Part shown: positions 58,304 to 64,000 of the stretch, one piece after another
How the letters are laid out: each line of letters opens with the position of its first letter
How positions within the stretch are numbered: the stretch's first letter is position 1
NCBI GenBank assembly: GCA_037142195.1
Contig: JBAXBA010000008.1
Location: 1-64,000, forward strand
Direction: 5' to 3'
Source of the DNA: Pseudomonadota bacterium
GTDB taxonomy: Bacteria; Bdellovibrionota_B; Oligoflexia; Oligoflexales; CAIMVM01
Length of the DNA stretch: 64,000 nucleotides
The notes under the pieces: generated by a model
The model's input: only the letters and a program-made list of their open reading frames with translations
What the model was told of the DNA's origin: nothing
The model's database searches: none
Position numbers and translations under genes: made by a program

Positions 58304-58330
58304 TTATCGGCACCCGGTAGCTTAAACTTA
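58304..58330 (-). promoter_or_regulatory. Sigma28-type promoter
   Basis: Minus strand TAAG-N15-GCCGATAA (exact consensus -10). Confidence 0.7.
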
Positions 58331-58718
58331 AACTTGGGTTAGGGAAATCAACGCCCTTTTTGGCTGGGCGAAGGCCTAACGTTGAGTCGGAAACTGTGCA
58401 CGGTAAATCGCCATGCTCCGTTTTGAATGTTTTCTATCCACGGGTTTTCTCATTGCAGCTTTCTCATGCCACTAGAAAATCGACTTACGCCTTGTCCGGG
58501 GCGCTAAGATAAGCTCGTGGAATCTATTTTTGGGCCCTTGATCAAAGAGTGTAGAAAATGTAACTGGGCCTATTTCGAATCGACGGCTGATTTATTTAGC
58601 AATTTTACAAATAATCCCGCCGCGGGCGTCGCTTGCTTTAAACATCCTTTCTTTTTTGTACTAATAAAGCTAAAATAACCTTGTAGTTTCGACAAGACGA
58701 AGCAGGAAAGTTCGGGTT

Positions 58719-60041
58719 ATGAGGTATCTAATGGAAATAATTAGAAATATTGATGGAAAACTAAAGGCCTGGTTTGACAGCTCGCGTAGAAAGCCTCTTA
58801 TACTGAGGGGCGCGAGGCAGGTGGGGAAGACCTTTTCGGTGCGAGCTTTTGCCGAGAAGCAAGGCCTTCAGCTTGTAGAGATTAATTTTGAAAAAAAGCC
58901 AGCTATCCGAAAAGCATTTGATGGCGAGTTAACACCATCATGGATTATCGCTCAACTTGAGATTCTAGAGAGAAAGGAAATCACGGAAGGAAAAACTATA
59001 CTCTTCCTTGATGAAATCCAGGACTGCCCTCGCGCCATCACTGCCCTCCGATACTTTTTCGAAGAAGCCCCTCAATTGGCGGTGATTGCTGCCGGGAGCC
59101 TCCTTGAATTTGCGCTTGGTACTTTTTCTTTCCCTGTAGGAAGGGTTGAGTTCATGCAGATGTATCCTCTGACATTTCGAGAGTTCTTAACAGCGCGTGG
59201 ATACCAAAAAGTCCTTGCGCATTTGCCCCAATTGTCCAGCCTTCAAATGGATTTTTCCGAAACGATTGCCAAACTAGTTGCGGATGAATTCAAAAATTAT
59301 ATGATTGTGGGAGGACTTCCTGAAGCAGTGTCTGCTTTTTTGGATACCTATTCCTATCTCGCTGTTGCCAAAGTCCATGATAATCTTGTGACGGCATATC
59401 TCGACGATATTCGGAAATACGCCAAGGGAGATTTACAAATGGAGAACACACGCTCCCTTTTGGCAAACATCTTTGGTTATGTGGGACAACAAGTTAATTA
59501 CACTCTCTTTGGCCAGGGCGATAATGTTAAGCGCACTAAAAAGAGTATCGATTTGCTGTGTCAGGCATTGCTGATTTATAAAGTACGAAAGGGTTTTCCT
59601 TCTGATTTGCCGCTTGGATCCAGCGCAAAAGAAAAAAACTTTAAGATTGTTTTCTTTGATATTGGACTCGGGCAAAGAATGGCAGGAAAGGATCCGTCTG
59701 AAATCATGGCTTCAACCAACGCCCTTTCATTATTTGATGGATTACTTGCAGAACAATTTGTGGGCCAAGAACTCATCGGAGAGTCAGAGGTCGCTTCAGA
59801 GAATGGTCAGTTGTACTACTGGGCCAGAAATGCAAAAAGTTCGAGTGCAGAAGTTGATTTCTTGGTTTTAAGGAATGGTGTAGTGAGCCCAGTGGAAGTA
59901 AAAGCGGGTAAGGGCGGTTCGCTGAAGAGTTTGCACCTATACCTCAACGAATACGGTGGGCGGGGAATTGTGATGCAAGATGTACACGCCGTGCAGGAAA
60001 TCAAAAATCTCGTATTTTGCCCACTTTATACTAAACTCTAG
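58719..60041 (+). CDS. AAA_14 + DUF4143 ATPase
   Basis: GARQVGKT, LFLDEIQ, AAGSLL, FPVGRV, VGGLPE, C-terminal EVDF..PVEVKAG. Confidence 0.9.
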   Translation: MRYLMEIIRNIDGKLKAWFDSSRRKPLILRGARQVGKTFSVRAFAEKQGLQLVEINFEKKPAIRKAFDGELTPSWIIAQLEILERKEITEGKTILFLDEIQDCPRAITALRYFFEEAPQLAVIAAGSLLEFALGTFSFPVGRVEFMQMYPLTFREFLTARGYQKVLAHLPQLSSLQMDFSETIAKLVADEFKNYMIVGGLPEAVSAFLDTYSYLAVAKVHDNLVTAYLDDIRKYAKGDLQMENTRSLLANIFGYVGQQVNYTLFGQGDNVKRTKKSIDLLCQALLIYKVRKGFPSDLPLGSSAKEKNFKIVFFDIGLGQRMAGKDPSEIMASTNALSLFDGLLAEQFVGQELIGESEVASENGQLYYWARNAKSSSAEVDFLVLRNGVVSPVEVKAGKGGSLKSLHLYLNEYGGRGIVMQDVHAVQEIKNLVFCPLYTKL

Positions 60042-60159
60042 GAATAGCCTTAAATTGTGACTTTGGGAAGCAACGCAGTTGCTATCTTGTGCTTTCATCT
60101 AGTTTAACGCGCCCTCCCGTTTTACTTTAAAAATTCTTGAAACATAGTACTGCTCTAAG

Positions 60160-61326
60160 TCAATACATCATACCGAGGGACCACATAGGAATGGTGCGAG
60201 TGCCGGGCATTTCCATGTCGTCTCGAATAACAAAATCAGCGCCTTTGAGCTTTTTATTCTTACCACCAATTTCAAGCGTCATCTTGTCGACTATAAAATC
60301 TCCTTGAATTTCGCTTTTAGCTGCAAAAATAGCTTTGCCCATTTGTCGAAACATAGTTGAAACAAACGCTTCACGCATATTCCCCGTCTCGCCATCCAAT
60401 GCCTCGTACATGGATGGATCAGCAAAAAAAAGCTTGGCCCCCTTACCCGACACATTGTGGTCAGATTTAAAACGAATGATATTTATAAGCCCAATGTGCT
60501 CCATTAATTCTAATAATTCATATAGCTTTTCTTTGCCAATACTCCAATCCGTACTTAAAGAGCTGATATTAACGGTAGGGATATGCGTACTTGCGAGATG
60601 ACCCATGATCGCATTCATCAGGCGGAGATGATTTTCACTTGTTTGCAAAGAAAAGTAAGGAGCATCCACATAAATTGATTTTTCAATGATACCTAGAATC
60701 TTTTGTCGGTAGTCGCCCTCTTGAAAAATGGGCCTAAATCCTTCTTTTTTATATTCCTTGAATAGAGCCATGATGTTGCATGCTTTAAGCGTATTTTCAA
60801 AGGAGCTAGGTGGGCTGGTGAAGGGATCAAATTTAGGTAACTGAGTCCCCTGCTTCAAAAATAAGTACTCTCTAAATGAAAGAAACGGTAAGTCAAGCTT
60901 CGGAAAACGGCGGCTTAGGTCTACCGCTCCGCTTCGCAAAATCAAGCTGCTGCTATCACTTAACCAGATGCGTCGGTTAGGATAACTATCGTAAATAGAC
61001 TTCACATGCATGCTCCAGTCGCGAGCGTGGTGCACTTCATCTATAGTTAAACCTTCAAAGCCCTCCGCAAAGGCAGCATCAGCTAAATCACTAAGATGCA
61101 AATGGACCATAAGGTGGTTATCTGCTGAGACATATAAATGGTTCGCTTTAGCGCTTTCGCTTAGAAGCATCGTCGTTTTGCCTACGCCGCGAGGTCCGAC
61201 AACGATTCGTCCTCTAGCGCTCTGAATCGAATTGTCTTTGACAAAAGGGCGAAGGGCTTGCGGAAGAAACGTTGCCATGCGTAGCTGAGTCGACCTTAAT
61301 TTGTCAATTATATGAGATATTTGCAT
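60160..61326 (-). CDS. AAA_14 family ATPase (DUF4143-like, second subfamily)
   Basis: GPRGVGKTT, TIDEVH, DLSRR, LSFREYL, KLFFADP, GDFIVD..LEIGGKNK. Confidence 0.88.
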   Translation of the reverse strand: MQISHIIDKLRSTQLRMATFLPQALRPFVKDNSIQSARGRIVVGPRGVGKTTMLLSESAKANHLYVSADNHLMVHLHLSDLADAAFAEGFEGLTIDEVHHARDWSMHVKSIYDSYPNRRIWLSDSSSLILRSGAVDLSRRFPKLDLPFLSFREYLFLKQGTQLPKFDPFTSPPSSFENTLKACNIMALFKEYKKEGFRPIFQEGDYRQKILGIIEKSIYVDAPYFSLQTSENHLRLMNAIMGHLASTHIPTVNISSLSTDWSIGKEKLYELLELMEHIGLINIIRFKSDHNVSGKGAKLFFADPSMYEALDGETGNMREAFVSTMFRQMGKAIFAAKSEIQGDFIVDKMTLEIGGKNKKLKGADFVIRDDMEMPGTRTIPMWSLGMMY

Positions 61327-61575
61327 AAGTCGTTCTCCTGTAGAACGATTTTAGCACAACTTGGTTCTTGTGGCGAACGAATTGTAGGGTGGTTGGGTTA
61401 CTTTGGTCCGGCGCACGGCAGAAGCATGGCTTAACCGCCTCATAATGAGTCATGTAGTCAGAGTTCCGTGGGATGGTTCTGGTTTGTATTGGTTTTGTAT
61501 AGATAAAAATTGACAAAAATATACACATGAGCGATAACCTCGTTTGCGACTTATCGCGAGTGGGGACCTTATCTT

Positions 61576-62340
61576 ATGAAAAAAAGTTGTGTGACTCGGT
61601 GTCTGTTGTCGGCTGTTTTTTTGGCATTCGGACAAGCTCAAGCCATGGAACTCCATGGGCAGATTTCAACTCAAGGGGGACATGAATTTATTGCCCAAGG
61701 TGATGTGGCGTCGCAGATTATAGATCTTAAATCTCAAATTGTTGCTATTGCTCTCGCCAATCAAACCAATTTAAAGAACTCTGAAAATGTGCGTGCTCAA
61801 TTAGATCCCTTGGTCGCAAGGCTAGGTGCTTTAGAGGCCAAGACTTTTGAGGAAGAAAAAGCTCTAAAAGTTGGAGTCTGGCAGCAACTTTGGACAGATG
61901 ATGCCGATGATAAGCGCGCAGACAATTTCTTTCAAAAAGTGGACAGAACCAACACCTACCAAGTGGTTTTTGAAGACGGCGTTTTTTATAATGTGTCTGA
62001 AATTGAAACAGTATTAGGGCGTTTTACGGGCTTCTTGCGAGGAAATTACGAAGCCATGGAGCCAAGATTTAATCTTGAATTTACCGATTTGAAAGTAAGA
62101 AGGGGTGGCGTAGAAACATCCTCCGAGCAAGGGGGCTTATTTTCATTTGTGGAAGCTGCGAAATTAGGTCAACTCAAGGGATTGTTTCAATTTCCAGGAG
62201 AGCGTCGCTACCCCAATGGTCCAGTTGGGGCTAAGGGATACATTGAAACTGTATTTATCGACGAAGAGATTCGAATTGATGTAGGTGCCAACCTGGCCGA
62301 TGGTGTTAGGGACTTGTTTGTTCTTGTCAGAGCTCAGTAA
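61576..62340 (+). CDS. Exported PAP/fibrillin-family (lipocalin-like) protein
   Basis: Signal peptide ending AQA; LVARLGALE; GVWQQLWT; C-terminal GYIETVFIDEEIRIDVG..LFVLVR. Confidence 0.7.
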   Translation: MKKSCVTRCLLSAVFLAFGQAQAMELHGQISTQGGHEFIAQGDVASQIIDLKSQIVAIALANQTNLKNSENVRAQLDPLVARLGALEAKTFEEEKALKVGVWQQLWTDDADDKRADNFFQKVDRTNTYQVVFEDGVFYNVSEIETVLGRFTGFLRGNYEAMEPRFNLEFTDLKVRRGGVETSSEQGGLFSFVEAAKLGQLKGLFQFPGERRYPNGPVGAKGYIETVFIDEEIRIDVGANLADGVRDLFVLVRAQ

Positions 62341-62453
62341 CACCTGCCTTTGTTGGAATGGATTCTGGAAGACTGGATTTATTCCTTAAAGGAAAGAGGT
62401 TTGCTAAAAATATTAAAATTAAGTCTTAATTAGGTATTTGCTTAGTATAACAG

Positions 62454-62495
62454 TGCCAAGATTTCCTCCCTTTTTTGGGGAGGAGTTTCTTGGCA
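62454..62495. terminator. Hairpin between the fibrillin-like gene and hemC
   Basis: TGCCAAGA..TCCTCCC/GGGAGGA..TCTTGGCA. Confidence 0.6.
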
Positions 62496-62503
62496 GTGGG
62501 TTT

Positions 62504-63523
62504 CTAAAAGAAATTCTTTTTCAAAAAAACACTTTCTTTAGGCCAAAGGGGCTGTGGGAGCTGGAGAGTATTCATGACGGCTTCCCCTCCATTTGCTTTT
62601 AATTTGGCTAGCATTTCCTTCGCGATCTGATCTGCGGGGATAGGATATTCCTCAGGGATGCAAATCTCTGCCCGTGCGGATTGACCCGTAAGGGAAAGAA
62701 TGACGGCTCTTCCTGTAAGGACTCGGCCTTTGTCCCTAGATTCCCATTGAAAATGAATCCCTACTGGTAAGGTACAGTCGGCTCCGAGTTTACTAAGAAT
62801 CAATCGTTCTAATTGGACGTGGTAAGTGGTCTCCTGACAAGCAAGGGTCTTTAGGGAGTCTGTGAGAGGATGCCCAGTAATGGTTTCCAAGGCGAGAGCG
62901 CCTTGAGAAGGCGATGGCACAAACCAGGTCGGGTCAATAGGGCGTGCGGTAAAGTTATCTTTTAAAGAGAGGCGATCTAGACTTGCCTCAGCCAAAATAA
63001 TGGCGTCATAGTCGTCCTCTTCAAGCTTTCTGAGTCTGGTATCCACATTGCCGCGCAAAGGAAAAACTTGGATGGTGGAGCTCGCCTCTTGCAAGAGAGC
63101 TTTTCGTCTTAGGCTTCCCGTTGCAATTTTAAGGGAGCCAAAAAGCTTGAGATCTTGCTGCGTGACAATTTCTTTAGGTATGGAAAGTCGGGCAGAGGCT
63201 GACTTCGAAAAAACGATGACATCATTCGGAGAATGGCGTTTTAAGATTGCCGGGAGAGCGAAACCTTCAGGGAGTTCAGCGGGGAGATCCTTTAAGCTGT
63301 GAATTCCAAGATCTGCACGGCCTGCAAGGAGTGCCTCTTCAATCTCGCGAATGAACACTCCCTTGCCCCCAATTTCATGGAGAAAGCGATCTTGAATGCG
63401 GTCCCCAGTGGTTCTAATCTCAAGGATAGTAGATTCTTGGCCCAGGGTGCTTAAAAGTTTTTTGACGTGGTGAGCTTGCCATAAAGCAAGTTTAGAACCG
63501 CGGCTTGCAATGACTGTGTTCAT
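62504..63523 (-). CDS. hemC: Hydroxymethylbilane synthase
   Basis: SRGSKLALWQA, TTGD, GGKGVF, HSLKDLP, TGSLRR, RGNVDTRLRKL, cofactor Cys in GADCTLP. Confidence 0.95.
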   Translation of the reverse strand: MNTVIASRGSKLALWQAHHVKKLLSTLGQESTILEIRTTGDRIQDRFLHEIGGKGVFIREIEEALLAGRADLGIHSLKDLPAELPEGFALPAILKRHSPNDVIVFSKSASARLSIPKEIVTQQDLKLFGSLKIATGSLRRKALLQEASSTIQVFPLRGNVDTRLRKLEEDDYDAIILAEASLDRLSLKDNFTARPIDPTWFVPSPSQGALALETITGHPLTDSLKTLACQETTYHVQLERLILSKLGADCTLPVGIHFQWESRDKGRVLTGRAVILSLTGQSARAEICIPEEYPIPADQIAKEMLAKLKANGGEAVMNTLQLPQPLWPKESVFLKKNFF

Positions 63524-64000
63524 TATTTTTCCTTTTCTAAAAACAATTGACGCAAAGCCTCAGTCAACTCAGTTCGTTGACTCAAGGAGGAAGTGTCTTG
63601 GATGTTTTTGGCAGCTTGTGAGCTAATTTTTCTGGCGGATGCTTCCATCATGCTCGTGAGGGCGAGGCGTTGCTCAGAGCCCAATTGACTATAGATTTCT
63701 TTGGAGAGGGTTTTTTCCAACTCTTTAAGGAGCAAATCATTTACGTACTGATGAAAACCGGCAAGGGTTGGCTTCGTGTGCAGCTTAGCTAACCAGTCTT
63801 GAAACTCCATGGAACTTTGATCGATCATAACTTCGGCTTTTTTAGCCGCTTCTTTGCGCTCGATTAAATTCTCGTCGACGACTTGTTTTAGGTCGTCAAC
63901 ATCAAATAAATAGACGTCATCAAACAGGCGAATCGCCGGATCGATATCTCTAGGAATCGCGATATCAACCATAAAGAGGACTCGGCGCCCTCGCTTGGGA
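63523..64000 (-). CDS. hemA: Glutamyl-tRNA reductase, C-terminal part (runs off the window)
   Basis: VDIAIPRDIDP, YLFDVDDL, N..ER..AA..AE; abuts hemC. Confidence 0.9.
   Translation of the reverse strand, partial: PKRGRRVLFMVDIAIPRDIDPAIRLFDDVYLFDVDDLKQVVDENLIERKEAAKKAEVMIDQSSMEFQDWLAKLHTKPTLAGFHQYVNDLLLKELEKTLSKEIYSQLGSEQRLALTSMMEASARKISSQAAKNIQDTSSLSQRTELTEALRQLFLEKEK

Noticed and set aside
58331..58718. Possible ncRNA or gene remnant in the intergenic region
   Set aside because: No convincing nested stems, repeats or recognisable reading frame found by eye
54344..62500. Prophage or integrative element
   Set aside because: No integrase, transposase, phage genes, tRNA target or flanking direct repeats recognised
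255..63302. Numerous 60-170 aa ORFs antisense to or nested in longer genes (e.g. 255-629, 5982-6500, 8382-8816, 33405-33821, 4740-4958)
   Set aside because: Shadow or unsupported ORFs with no motifs or RBS; nearly all overlap well-supported genes

Overview
Gene-dense bacterial chromosomal window with about 50 credible CDS. The gene content suggests Bdellovibrionota/Oligoflexia (inference): PEGA-type Ser/Thr kinases, a GYF-domain membrane protein, a vWA lipoprotein, TPR/barrel proteins, a membrane-bound CheA-like kinase and type III glutamine synthetase. Housekeeping genes are GS III, coaE, ribD, xseAB, ppa, tmk-holB-PSP1, rlmN and hemA/C/D. These are interleaved with envelope and signalling genes and an accessory-looking block at about 54.4-62.4 kb. 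I found no rRNA, tRNA, CRISPR array, integrase or transposase. Most notable observations: (1) a cheY-cheX-sensor/HAMP/HPt/HATPase kinase module with no CheW domain; (2) a recurring sigma28-like promoter in front of several non-flagellar envelope and signalling genes; (3) XseA with an extra N-terminal domain; (4) a flavin-PAS kinase / sigma54 activator / CoA-transferase / cytochrome / USP locus with a -24/-12 promoter; (5) a TA-like pair whose putative toxin is split by one in-frame TAG, next to a perfect 30-bp palindrome; (6) a secreted fibrillin-like protein; (7) a decayed ~330-bp tandem repeat with a protein-coding signature; (8) a candidate rod-shaped ncRNA. All calls come from motif recognition by eye; no database search was run. 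Several starts were moved from the ORF track to RBS-supported codons.
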